64,000 nucleotides of DNA from Enterococcus phage VRE9_4. The stretch lies in sequence record PP680570.1. One strand, given 5' to 3'. The stretch's first letter is position 1. Every line of letters begins with the position of its first letter. A program made the translations under genes and the position numbers. Positions 1-9,427 of this stretch are shown here, piece by piece. The notes under the pieces were generated by a model, which saw only the letters and a program-made list of their open reading frames with translations, was not told the origin of the DNA and ran no database searches.

Positions 1-1776
1 ATGGCGAAGAATAAAAAACATGAAGACAAAAGTACAACTCTTATTGATATTAAATCAGATTTTATTAACTCTAAAAAAAATCGAGAAGTATTCTTAACAG
101 AAGAGAGGGTGCGCAAAAGCATCCCCACTTTTACAGAATATGTCTCCTTTTGGAGAGAATATCCAGATATGTTTATTGATATGATAAAGGGTCCAGATAG
201 CAAATTTAATTTTTTCTTTTACCAAAGATTATTTTTGCGTGCTGCTATGAGGCATAAATACTTTTTCGGTACTTTTACACGTGCCTTTTCTAAATCATTT
301 TTATCTGTTATGCTGATGATGGAAAAATGTATTTTATATCCAGGAATTAAAGTATTTATTACTTCTGGTGGTAAAGAGCAGGCTGCTGGTATTGCCGCAG
401 AAAAAATTAATGAAATTTGTGATATGATACCATCAATTAAAAAAGAAATCAATTGGGCACCAGGACAAACGAAGCTTAATGGTAAAGATTATGTACAGGT
501 TGTATTTAAAAATGGTAGTCGATTCGACGTAGTAGCAGCTAAAGAAAGTTCTCGTGGTGGACGTCGACATTCAGGACTTATTGATGAGGTTATTTTGGTT
601 GATGGGGAAAAATTCTCACAAGTTATTTTACCTATGATGAACGTATCTCGTCGAGCTGCTAATGGACAAGTAGATCCTAATGATAAAATGAATAAATCTC
701 AAGTTTATATCACCAGTGCAGGCTTTAAAGATCATTTTAGTTATCAAAAACAAATCCAGCTATTAGTATGGCAATTAATTAAACCTGGTACCGCTATTAT
801 CATGGGAGGAACTTGGAGAACTCCTGTTAAAATGGGATTATTAGATCCAGGTTTTGTTAACGATCTAAAGTCTGATGGTACTTTTGACGAAGTATCATTT
901 AACCGAGAGTATGAATCTGTTTGGGCTGGTTCTGCGACAGAATCATTCTATAATGGAGACGTTTTTGATAGATGTAGAATTTTAAAACAGGCTGAATTTA
1001 CAAGAAGTGGTCGAGGAAATGATGAAGCTTATTATGTACTTGGAGTCGATGTAGGTCGTAATGGCTGGCAAACTGTTATTACAGTAGTTAAGGTTAATCC
1101 TCAGCGTAATGGTGTAGGAATTAAATCTGTAGTTAATATGATTGTTATTGAATCGGAGCATTTTGGGATTCAAGCTAATGAAATCAAACGTCAATATTTA
1201 AATTATATGCCTCGTTATGTTGTAGTCGATGGTAATGGTTTAGGGATTGGATTAGTCGATTATTTAGTCATGCCTTCTTCGGATAGTAAAACAGGAGAAA
1301 GTTTTTCTGCTTTTGAAGTTGTTAATGATGATAAAGGTCTTTATAAAAAAATTGATAATCATGGCGATAGCTATGGTAAAGTTTTATGGATTGTTAAAGC
1401 TGATTCAGAATTAAACTTTGAGGGTTATACTGCGCTACTTCAACAAATGGGTTCTGGTAAAATTCGATATTTACAAAACGAGCGTGATGCAAAAGGTGAT
1501 TTAGAAAGTAAAAAAGCGTATAAAACAATGTCAGCAGGACAAAAAGCTGATGCTATTAGACCTTTTGTATTAACGTCTACACTAAAGAATGAAATGATGA
1601 ATTTAACTAGACCTGAAAACAATAGTACTAAATTTAGCTTAGATAGAATTAATAAAGGAATGGGTAAAGATAAGGTTTCATCCTTAATGTATGCAATTTA
1701 TGTAATTAAGTTACAAGAGGACAAAGAACGGAATAAGAAGAAAAGTAGTCTTGCTAACTTTGCATTCTTTAACTAA
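1..1776 (+). CDS. terminase large subunit (ATG at window position 1; may be truncated by window edge)
   Basis: 591-aa ORF at the head of a terminase-portal-scaffold-capsid gene order. Size and acidic nuclease-like C-half (LGVDVGRNG) fit the family. No upstream sequence is available to confirm the start. Confidence 0.65.
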   Translation: MAKNKKHEDKSTTLIDIKSDFINSKKNREVFLTEERVRKSIPTFTEYVSFWREYPDMFIDMIKGPDSKFNFFFYQRLFLRAAMRHKYFFGTFTRAFSKSFLSVMLMMEKCILYPGIKVFITSGGKEQAAGIAAEKINEICDMIPSIKKEINWAPGQTKLNGKDYVQVVFKNGSRFDVVAAKESSRGGRRHSGLIDEVILVDGEKFSQVILPMMNVSRRAANGQVDPNDKMNKSQVYITSAGFKDHFSYQKQIQLLVWQLIKPGTAIIMGGTWRTPVKMGLLDPGFVNDLKSDGTFDEVSFNREYESVWAGSATESFYNGDVFDRCRILKQAEFTRSGRGNDEAYYVLGVDVGRNGWQTVITVVKVNPQRNGVGIKSVVNMIVIESEHFGIQANEIKRQYLNYMPRYVVVDGNGLGIGLVDYLVMPSSDSKTGESFSAFEVVNDDKGLYKKIDNHGDSYGKVLWIVKADSELNFEGYTALLQQMGSGKIRYLQNERDAKGDLESKKAYKTMSAGQKADAIRPFVLTSTLKNEMMNLTRPENNSTKFSLDRINKGMGKDKVSSLMYAIYVIKLQEDKERNKKKSSLANFAFFN

Positions 1777-1793
1777 CGAAAAGAGGTGGAACA

Positions 1794-2162
1794 ATGAGTA
1801 CATTTTCTGGAGTAAGTAGAGGACATCTAAGAATTCGTCATATATTAGAAGAAAATGGTTTTAATTGGGAAGAAGAATACAGCTTTCCTGATTTAGTCGC
1901 TTCTAGCGGCCGCCAATTAGCTTTTGACTTTATGGTAATGGACGACGATGGAAATATAGATTTTGCTATAGAAGTCAATGGTGAACAACATTATGAACCA
2001 GTTGCTGCTTTTGGAGGAAAAAATAAATTTAAACGTCAACAATATAACGATCATCAAAAACGGTTATATTGTCATAATCATGGTATCCCATTAGTAGAAA
2101 TTCCATATTGGGAACTTGAAATTGTTGATATTGGATATCTTTTGGAAAAAGCAGGTATATAA
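1794..2162 (+). CDS. small PD-(D/E)xK nuclease-like protein (DUF559/Vsr-like), possible free-standing homing endonuclease
   Basis: 122 aa with an AGAGGTGG RBS. Motifs FDFMV ... AIEVNGEQH ... KRL..G.PLVEIPY resemble the DUF559/Vsr D-(D/E)xK core. It is inserted between terminase and portal, a classic homing-endonuclease location. Confidence 0.45.
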   Translation: MSTFSGVSRGHLRIRHILEENGFNWEEEYSFPDLVASSGRQLAFDFMVMDDDGNIDFAIEVNGEQHYEPVAAFGGKNKFKRQQYNDHQKRLYCHNHGIPLVEIPYWELEIVDIGYLLEKAGI

Positions 2163-2169
2163 AAACTAG

Positions 2170-2200
2170 AGGCCGATATTGCATAATATCGGTCTTTAAT
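2170..2200 (+). terminator. putative intrinsic terminator
   Basis: Hairpin GGCCGATATT-gcat-AATATCGGTC (one G-U pair) followed by a T-rich tract. Confidence 0.35.
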
Positions 2201-2267
2201 ATATAGTTTTATAAGGAAAGATTTCATTTTCCAAGAGATAAAATAGAGAAAAGGAGGAATATAATTC

Positions 2268-3845
2268 ATGTTGGACAAATCAAAAAGACAGAGAAGAAAG
2301 CCAACTCCAGTCAAAAAAGAAGAAAGAAAACTTTACGAAAATAAAAAACCTTCAGTAGATTTTTCTTATTATGCTGACAGAAGCTTCACTAATTTTGGCT
2401 TCGGGTCTTATACTTCAGAATTAGGAGAATCATTTGTAACAACTGACGACATTCGTAAAGCTTTGGATAAAGCTTTTAGACGAAAAGATGTTAAAGGCAT
2501 TAAAACTTTGTCAAGACATTTTTATAGAGTTTCTGGTGTATATTCTCGTGCGGCTGAATATTTAGCTTACCTTCCAACTTATGATTATATGATTACTCCT
2601 CGTGTAGTAGGCACAAAAATTAATGAAGATACTATTGTACGAGAAGTTGTTAATCAACTATTGTTCTTAGAAAAAGCAAAATTAAAGCAATCTCTTCAAT
2701 CAATTTCCTTAGATGTTATTGTAGATGGAGTAGCTTATGTATATTTTAGACGTAGAGGGAAACAAGCAGTTTTTCAAAAATTGCCAACATCCTATTGTAG
2801 AACTAGAAGTGTTCTAAATGGATTCCCTACAGTAGAATTTAATTTAGATTATTTTGAACAATTTGGAACAGAAGAAGAAAAAGCTATTAAATTAAATAAC
2901 TTCCCGCCAGAAATTGTACGTGAATACAATATTTGGAAAAATGATAATCATCGAGGGAGAAACAGTTCTAAGAGACGTCAAAATCAAAGTTTAACCAATT
3001 CTGGTACATGGATCTTGTTAAATCCAGATAATTGTACAGCTTTTTATTTTAGCCCTTCATTACAACCTGTACTAGCTAATAGTTTTTTTGCTATTTTAGA
3101 TGTAATGGAACTAAAAGGAATTGAAAAGAAAAAAGCTGAAAATGAACTATATAACTTAGTAGTTCAAAAATTTGGCTTCTTGGATGATGGAGAACCTATC
3201 TTAGAATTACCTGAAATGCAAGCTTTCCACGAAAGTGCCAAAAAAATCTTTGAAAACAGTAACCAAACAGACTTACTTACTACTCTTGGAGAAATCCAAA
3301 ATGTTAACTTAAATGAGGCTGCTGCCGATCCGATTGATTTTGAACCTTGGACTAAATCTATCTATGCAGAACTTGGTGTTTCACCACAATTATTCTCTAC
3401 AGAAGGTAATATGGCTTTAGAAAAATCTGTGAATATTGATGAAGCTATGATGTTTACCCTTGTTGAAAAATATCAAAATTGGTTAAATTTCCTATTAGAT
3501 AATGAGTTCTTGGAAGATGATGATGATATGTTTGATACATCACTTTGGTTCCCACCAATTACAATTAATAATCGTAATGAATTATCTACAAAATATAAAG
3601 ATATGGCAACTTTAGGATATTCAAAATTATTACCAGCTCTTTCGCTAGGTCAATCACAACTAGATATTATGGCTTCACCTATCTTTGAAAATTCTATTTT
3701 AAACTTAGGAAGTATTATGAAACCATTACAATCATCACACACAGCATCAGGAAAATCTAATTCTTCAGGTTCAAGCAGCGGTGGTAGACCACCATTGCCA
3801 GATTCACAAAAATCTGAGAAAACAATTCAAAATGCTGGAGGATAA
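2268..3845 (+). CDS. portal protein
   Basis: 525 aa immediately downstream of terminase, with a strong RBS (AAAGGAGGAAT). The basic N-terminus and S/G-rich C-terminal tail are typical of siphophage portals. The call rests on position and size. Confidence 0.6.
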   Translation: MLDKSKRQRRKPTPVKKEERKLYENKKPSVDFSYYADRSFTNFGFGSYTSELGESFVTTDDIRKALDKAFRRKDVKGIKTLSRHFYRVSGVYSRAAEYLAYLPTYDYMITPRVVGTKINEDTIVREVVNQLLFLEKAKLKQSLQSISLDVIVDGVAYVYFRRRGKQAVFQKLPTSYCRTRSVLNGFPTVEFNLDYFEQFGTEEEKAIKLNNFPPEIVREYNIWKNDNHRGRNSSKRRQNQSLTNSGTWILLNPDNCTAFYFSPSLQPVLANSFFAILDVMELKGIEKKKAENELYNLVVQKFGFLDDGEPILELPEMQAFHESAKKIFENSNQTDLLTTLGEIQNVNLNEAAADPIDFEPWTKSIYAELGVSPQLFSTEGNMALEKSVNIDEAMMFTLVEKYQNWLNFLLDNEFLEDDDDMFDTSLWFPPITINNRNELSTKYKDMATLGYSKLLPALSLGQSQLDIMASPIFENSILNLGSIMKPLQSSHTASGKSNSSGSSSGGRPPLPDSQKSEKTIQNAGG

Positions 3846-3859
3846 GGAGGAAATAAAAA

Positions 3860-6139
3860 TTGAAAGATGAAAGACTATTATTTTTTACAGATATTCAATT
3901 CTTAGAACCTGTTGCAATTGAAGAAAATCCAATGCTTTCTAAGGTTAAAATTAAAATTGCACAGTCAGGAATTAATAGAAATGGATATGATATTCCTAAA
4001 GCAGTATTAGAAGATGCTGCAAAAACAAGCTTAGGTCTAACACCAATTGTTGCTTATTATAATCAATATAAAGGAGATTTTGGTGAGCATGGAACCCAAG
4101 CAGTATATAATCAATTAGGAGAATATGTAACCACAGCCGATACACAAGCAGTAGGTGTAATTCCAGAAAATCCTATTATTTATTGGGACGAAGACAACTA
4201 TTTAGTAACTTATGGCTATTTATGGACAAGCCGATATGCAGAATTAATTGATGCATTAGATGGACGTCCTCAATCAATGGAATTAAGTTTTGAAAATACA
4301 ATTATGCACCAAAAGGGCAGAATTATGGAAATTACTAAGACTGCTTTTGTTGGTTTATGTATACTTGGAAATGATGTTACGCCTGCTTTCGCTGATGCCT
4401 CTATTGAAGGAGTTAATTTCTCTTATCAACCATTAACAGAACAGGAAGATAAAGTAGAAGAAGGAGTAGATGAACTTATGGACGCATTAAAATTTGCCCT
4501 AGATAATAACTTTGATGATTCTGCTCTTGGTACTCCTCTTGTAGTCGATACAGATGGAGAAGAGAGAGACAAGGTTAATCGTGAAAAGATTACTGAGGCT
4601 GTTGATTTATTAGATGAAGCAGCTGATTTAGTTGAGGACGAAGAGGCTAGAAATAGAATTGATGATGCTATTTCAGGTTTAGTTGACGCAGAAATTGATA
4701 TGAAACGTGAAGCTGATATAATCCCTGTAACAGAGGCAGCTCATCGTGGACTACAAGGTCAACCAGGTTATAAAGATGGTATCGTTAGTGTAGAAAACCT
4801 CAATTATAAAAAAGCAAGTAATTCTTTATTGAAAAAAAATGAAGACGAAAAAGAGGAGGAAAAGGAATTGGATATCAAAAAGAAAAAAGAAGAGGAAATT
4901 AAAAAAGATCCAGTTACTCAAGAACCTGTAGAAAAGGAAACAAAAGTAGAAACTGAAGTTAATCCTGAAGACAAAACTGCTGAAACTAAGCAGGTAGAAG
5001 AAACAAAAGAACCTGTGAGTCAAGAAGAAGACCAACCCAGCAAAGAAGTTCAACCTGGAGGACAGCCTGGAGCAGAGCAGACAGTTGCTGAACCAGAGAA
5101 GACAACAGTTGAACCAGAAGCAACGGGAGTTCAAGCAGATACAGTTGAGGAAGAAACAGGACAGCCTGGAGAGGAAGTACAAGAAGACCCTCAAGGAGCA
5201 ACCGCTGCTACAATTGCAGAAGAACGTGAAACCGCTAAAGATAAACGTACGAGCGCTTTACTATCTGATGTTGGCGATGATGAATTATTTGATTATCTTA
5301 TTGAACGTGTAGCTGCCGCAGATGAAATGCGTACTAAACTACAAGAAATGTTGGGAACAGCTGTGCCAGAAGGACTACCAGAAGGTGGAGATGTAACAGT
5401 CGAAGGAGAAACAACTGAAGAAGACTTAGGTACTGAAACAGTAAGTACTCCTGCAGATGCTACAGAACCAGAAATTGATGTTAAATCTGATAAACCTGAT
5501 TCAGAACTAGCTGCTGAAGGCGAAGATATGACAGATGAAGAAACTCTTCAAGAAGATGGTAAAGAAGTTGTTAAAGCTGATAAAACTATTGAAGTTACCG
5601 ATGGTGGAGCAACTGATGAAGGTGGAGAAACTTCTCCAGCACCAGAACAGGCAGAAGAAAAATCTGAAAAATCTACACCAGAAGATAAAACTGTAGTTGA
5701 AGAATCAGAAGAAGAAGAAAAGAAAAAGAAAAAATTAGACTATAGTTTAGATTTTAAAGCTATTATTGCAGAAAATCAACAATTAACAGTTGAAAACGAA
5801 AATCTTCGTCAACAAAATGAAACATTACTACAATTTAAACTAAAAGCTGAACGTGAAGCAAAAGAAAACTTATTGTTAGAATTTAGTCTTTCTGACGAAG
5901 GAAAAGATAAAATTCGTGCTAAATTTGATGAGTTAACTTTAGAAGAAGTTGAAGCTCAAGCAGCATTAGCACAACACCGAGAATTTAAAGAAGCTCATGG
6001 TGGTCAAAAAGAGTCTGGTGAAGGTATTCAATTTTCACTTGAATCAGAAGAAACTGAACTAGATGCGTTAGATGAAGAAGATAGTTTAGCGCTTTTCTTA
6101 GAAAAAGTTTCTAAGAAAAATAAACGTTCACGTTTTTAA
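3860..6139 (+). CDS. scaffolding-like protein, possibly a prohead protease-scaffold fusion, with a long acidic disordered linker
   Basis: 759 aa with an apparent TTG start 9 nt after AGGAGG. It has a globular N-terminal domain of about 300 aa. An E/K/T/P/Q-rich low-complexity tract of about 350 aa follows (nt about 4800-5750). The C-terminus is a coiled-coil (ENQQLTVENENLRQQNETLLQFKLKAEREAKE). The gene lies between portal and capsid. Confidence 0.4.
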   Translation: MKDERLLFFTDIQFLEPVAIEENPMLSKVKIKIAQSGINRNGYDIPKAVLEDAAKTSLGLTPIVAYYNQYKGDFGEHGTQAVYNQLGEYVTTADTQAVGVIPENPIIYWDEDNYLVTYGYLWTSRYAELIDALDGRPQSMELSFENTIMHQKGRIMEITKTAFVGLCILGNDVTPAFADASIEGVNFSYQPLTEQEDKVEEGVDELMDALKFALDNNFDDSALGTPLVVDTDGEERDKVNREKITEAVDLLDEAADLVEDEEARNRIDDAISGLVDAEIDMKREADIIPVTEAAHRGLQGQPGYKDGIVSVENLNYKKASNSLLKKNEDEKEEEKELDIKKKKEEEIKKDPVTQEPVEKETKVETEVNPEDKTAETKQVEETKEPVSQEEDQPSKEVQPGGQPGAEQTVAEPEKTTVEPEATGVQADTVEEETGQPGEEVQEDPQGATAATIAEERETAKDKRTSALLSDVGDDELFDYLIERVAAADEMRTKLQEMLGTAVPEGLPEGGDVTVEGETTEEDLGTETVSTPADATEPEIDVKSDKPDSELAAEGEDMTDEETLQEDGKEVVKADKTIEVTDGGATDEGGETSPAPEQAEEKSEKSTPEDKTVVEESEEEEKKKKKLDYSLDFKAIIAENQQLTVENENLRQQNETLLQFKLKAEREAKENLLLEFSLSDEGKDKIRAKFDELTLEEVEAQAALAQHREFKEAHGGQKESGEGIQFSLESEETELDALDEEDSLALFLEKVSKKNKRSRF

Positions 6140-6166
6140 TTTAAAATAAGAAATTATTTCTATCAA

Positions 6167-6225
6167 AATATTGCAATCAAGGTTTACTTATTTTCATTTG
6201 AAAATGAGTAAACCAAGCAATATTT
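6167..6225 (+). promoter_or_regulatory. long near-perfect hairpin immediately upstream of the RBS of the 205-aa gene
   Basis: GGTTTACTTATTTTCA-tt-TGAAAATGAGTAAACC forms a 16-bp stem with one G-U pair. A flanking imperfect extension (AATATTGCAATCAA / CAAGCAATATT) lengthens it. There is no T-tract after it. Confidence 0.4.
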
Positions 6226-6248
6226 CAAAAATAAGGAGGAAATAGAAA

Positions 6249-6866
6249 ATGGCACAACAATTATTAAAAAAAGTCGGCTACGGACAAGTTGAGAAAAACC
6301 GTATTCAAGGTATCCGAGCTGGTCGAGTTTTAGCAGACCTACCTGTTAACCCAGAAGTTGTTAAATCTAGCGGAGACCGTATTGAAAATGGTATGTTCTT
6401 AGATGCAGTTTATGGTAAAGGTTTTGAAGGAAATCTAAAAACTGGTCAATTAGAATTGCCAACAGCAGAAAGTAAAAATGTTGGTTTGGTATATAGTGAG
6501 GTTAAATTATATAGCGAATATACTTCAAATAAAGATTTTGCTTTATTTACAGTAAACCCTTCTATTAACCAAATGCGTCAAGCACCAATTTATGACAAAA
6601 AAGAAGCTCCAAAAGCTACAGTTATCCCTCGTTTGATTTTCCCAACGCCTGGTGATATCTTTACTACTAATTTAATCGAAACTGAAAATGGTGAACTTCC
6701 AGCAGTAGGTACAACATTAAAATTAAATGCTAAAGGTATTTTATCTACAACAGGAACTTTAAACGTTGTTATTGCACAAGTAGTTCAAAAAACAACAATG
6801 GCTGATGGACAAGTTGCAGCAAAACTTGCTATCGTTGAAGTAAATCCAGCAGCTACAGGCGCGTAA
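6249..6866 (+). CDS. hypothetical beta-rich capsid-associated protein (decoration or auxiliary capsid protein candidate)
   Basis: 205 aa with a very strong RBS (AAGGAGGAAAT). It sits directly upstream of the major capsid gene. It is not helical, so it is unlikely to be the scaffold. Confidence 0.35.
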   Translation: MAQQLLKKVGYGQVEKNRIQGIRAGRVLADLPVNPEVVKSSGDRIENGMFLDAVYGKGFEGNLKTGQLELPTAESKNVGLVYSEVKLYSEYTSNKDFALFTVNPSINQMRQAPIYDKKEAPKATVIPRLIFPTPGDIFTTNLIETENGELPAVGTTLKLNAKGILSTTGTLNVVIAQVVQKTTMADGQVAAKLAIVEVNPAATGA

Positions 6867-6888
6867 TTAGATAGGAGGAAATGGAAAA

Positions 6889-7986
6889 ATGAATTTAAAA
6901 CCTGAACAAATTAGAACTTTAATGTTCCAAGCAGCAGATATTCAAACTGGAGAATCTATTGAATTCTCAGATAAATCATATGATTCTCATACATTGAATG
7001 AAGCTCTTCGTGAAGAAATGAATAGTTTAATGGGAAATGGTGGACACCGTTTCACAGCTAACCGTGAGTTAGTTTATGCTTTACTATCAGAAGTAGTTGA
7101 TGATTTGCTACCTAAACGAGTATTTGATTCAATGAATCGTTTCGCAGAAATTAAAAATGTTGCAGATGGAGACAAAGTAACATTTAAACGTCGTAAAGGT
7201 AATGTCCGTGGACGTAACTTTGTGACACAAGTTGCTCATGCTGGTCTATACGAAGTATTCCGTCTAGACAGAGAAGTATTCGATATGCCAACAACAGCTT
7301 ATGGTGCTGCTGTAGGATTGGACTTAGAAGAATTCTTAGAAGGTCGTATTGACTTTGCAGAATTAATCCAATGCATTACTGAAGGCTATGAAGAAATTCT
7401 TTATAAAGAAATTCTACGCCATATGGTAGCATTGAACTCTAATACAATTTTACCTGCTAACAACATCTATAGTGTAGCTGGTTGGAGCCCACGTCGTTTT
7501 GCAGCATTACTTGGTATTTCAAGTGCTTATGCAACACCAACAATCTTTACTTCATATGTATTTGCTGCTGAAATGATTCCTGAAGGACATTTAGCAACAG
7601 AAAAAATGAAAGAAGAATATAACCGTAATGGTTTCATCGGAAACTATAAAGGTGCTAACATTGTTGTACTACCACATAGCTTCTACAACGAAACAAACGA
7701 AGCAGAAGCAGTAACACTACCATTAGGTATGGCTTGGATCCTTCCAGATGTAGACAACAAACCAGTTAAAATCGCTTTTGAAGGCGGAATGCAAACTAAA
7801 GAAGTAGATTTAGACGACTGGTCTAAAGAAATGCACTTCTACAAAAAAATGGGTACTATGTTGATGGCTAACCCAGCTATCTGTATCTATGAAAACACTG
7901 CTCTTAATGAATGGCCTGTAGTTAACGGACCAATTATTAAAGAAACAGAAGACGAAGTTACACCAACATATACACGTTTGGTTTAA
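6889..7986 (+). CDS. major capsid protein
   Basis: 365 aa with a strong RBS (GGAGGAAATGG). It is followed by a strong intrinsic terminator and holds the conserved post-scaffold position. Confidence 0.55.
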   Translation: MNLKPEQIRTLMFQAADIQTGESIEFSDKSYDSHTLNEALREEMNSLMGNGGHRFTANRELVYALLSEVVDDLLPKRVFDSMNRFAEIKNVADGDKVTFKRRKGNVRGRNFVTQVAHAGLYEVFRLDREVFDMPTTAYGAAVGLDLEEFLEGRIDFAELIQCITEGYEEILYKEILRHMVALNSNTILPANNIYSVAGWSPRRFAALLGISSAYATPTIFTSYVFAAEMIPEGHLATEKMKEEYNRNGFIGNYKGANIVVLPHSFYNETNEAEAVTLPLGMAWILPDVDNKPVKIAFEGGMQTKEVDLDDWSKEMHFYKKMGTMLMANPAICIYENTALNEWPVVNGPIIKETEDEVTPTYTRLV

Positions 7987-8001
7987 TATAAACGTTTAAA
8001 G

Positions 8002-8034
8002 AGGTTCGAGTTTAAAACTCGGACCTTTTCTTTT
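8002..8034 (+). terminator. intrinsic terminator after capsid gene
   Basis: AGGTTCGAG-tttaaaa-CTCGGACCT stem (one G-U pair) followed by TTTCTTTT. Confidence 0.6.
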
Positions 8035-8115
8035 GCTCTTTTGGGGCATATTTGTTTAAGTATAGTTTAGTTAGTTCTAAATAGATTAGAACAGAGAAAA
8101 AGGAGAGAAATAAAT

Positions 8116-8790
8116 ATGAATAATTCATACCTAACTATTGATTTTAGTTATCTTGTTGAGGGATTAAAAGGAGACACAATGATTCCTGTCTCAAACATGG
8201 GGCGAAAAAGAGTTGCTTATATTATTGAAGAAATTGGAGTAACAAGAGATTTTCGTCAATTTCAAGAAGGTCAGCGACCAGATACTAAAAATATTCCATT
8301 CGGAGAACTTTATGCTTTAAGTAACATGCCTGGAGGTATGCAATTAATTTGGGACAATCTAAAAATTGATAGCAATGATGCCCGTCAAGCTTTAGGATTA
8401 CCATTAGCAGAAGATACTCCAGAAGTAGAATATGATCGAGAAACTGTAGCTAATATTGTACAAAACGGCACAGAAGATGAAATCTTAGATATGCTAGAGT
8501 TCGGTCCTTATTATATTGCAGAATGGATTAAAGAAGAAGCTATTAATGTAGATAGTTCTAAACGTCGTCATTTTATTGGACAAGTTCTACAAATTAATAT
8601 TGATGCTCTTGAAGAAAACGTTAAATGGGCTGCTGGAGACGAAGATGCTGGACGATTACAATACCAAACGATTAAGGGTATTAAAACTAATACTGCTGCA
8701 AGAAGCGCAGGACGTCGTTCAACTGGAAAACGAGCAGAAAGTAAAGCAAAAACTGGAACAGTGAGCTCAGGACGTAAGCGCAGAACATAA
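8116..8790 (+). CDS. hypothetical head protein with Arg/Lys-rich C-terminal tail
   Basis: 224 aa with RBS AAAGGAGAG. The C-terminus reads AARSAGRRSTGKRAESKAKTGTVSSGRKRRT. Confidence 0.6.
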   Translation: MNNSYLTIDFSYLVEGLKGDTMIPVSNMGRKRVAYIIEEIGVTRDFRQFQEGQRPDTKNIPFGELYALSNMPGGMQLIWDNLKIDSNDARQALGLPLAEDTPEVEYDRETVANIVQNGTEDEILDMLEFGPYYIAEWIKEEAINVDSSKRRHFIGQVLQINIDALEENVKWAAGDEDAGRLQYQTIKGIKTNTAARSAGRRSTGKRAESKAKTGTVSSGRKRRT

Positions 8791-8808
8791 AAATAAGATA
8801 AAATAGAA

Positions 8809-8837
8809 TGGCTGGCTTACGAGCCAGTCATTTTTTT
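8809..8837 (+). terminator. intrinsic terminator
   Basis: TGGCTGGCT-tacg-AGCCAGTCA stem followed by TTTTTTT. Confidence 0.6.
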
Positions 8838-8851
8838 AGGAGGAAAAGGAA

Positions 8852-9427
8852 ATGGAGAATCAACAAGTTGGAACAAGTTTTTTTGAAATTTATTGTCGTT
8901 TTTTAGATAAAATCACTGATGATATGTATTTAGAATTAAGTCTTGAAGACACTCTAAGAATTATTGAATCTATTTTTATGGATTCCTTGCCAGAATATAG
9001 TTATCCAAGATTTAGAATTGGATTATACGATCCAGATATTGTTACCTCTGATGCTTTAGATGAAGAAGGGAATCCAGTTGTAACAGGAGCCTTTGTTGAT
9101 ACTTTAACCAATGAAGAAAAAGATATTATTGCTGAAATTATGTTATTAAATTGGTTAAGACGTCAATTAAATACAACTCGTATTATTCAAATGAGATATT
9201 CTACATCTGATTTCAAACAAACTTCACAAGCAGCACATATGCAAAGATTAAATGCAGTTATTTTAGACCAACAAAAACGTATTAAACATAAATTGAATTT
9301 ATACTCTAAACGTAAAATTGATAAAGATGGTTATATTGTTCCTAATGCGGATAATCTTTCTGGAGTTGGTCCACGTGCTCGAGATATTATTATCACACAG
9401 TTAGGAGTTGTAAAACGTCATGACTAA
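8852..9427 (+). CDS. hypothetical head-tail joining (neck/adaptor) candidate
   Basis: 191 aa with RBS AGGAGGAAAAGG. It lies between the capsid and tail-tube genes. Confidence 0.45.
   Translation: MENQQVGTSFFEIYCRFLDKITDDMYLELSLEDTLRIIESIFMDSLPEYSYPRFRIGLYDPDIVTSDALDEEGNPVVTGAFVDTLTNEEKDIIAEIMLLNWLRRQLNTTRIIQMRYSTSDFKQTSQAAHMQRLNAVILDQQKRIKHKLNLYSKRKIDKDGYIVPNADNLSGVGPRARDIIITQLGVVKRHD

Noticed and set aside
219-1622. Minus-strand ORFs (219..452, 982..1194, 1440..1622) inside the terminase gene
   Set aside because: They are antisense to a well-supported long CDS. They have no RBS and an AT-rich, skewed amino-acid composition.
1794-2162. HNH endonuclease call for the terminase-adjacent small gene
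   Set aside because: It has a CHNH tetrapeptide, but no paired Cys zinc knuckles and no HNH spacing. The overall motif order fits the PD-(D/E)xK (DUF559/Vsr) fold better. This is kept as an alternative until HHpred is run.
4826-5312. ORFs 4826..5194(-), 4986..5201(-) and 5085..5312(+) in the scaffold gene
   Set aside because: They are artefacts of the GAA/AAG-rich low-complexity region, which reads open in several frames. Their leucine/phenylalanine homopolymer-like products are implausible.
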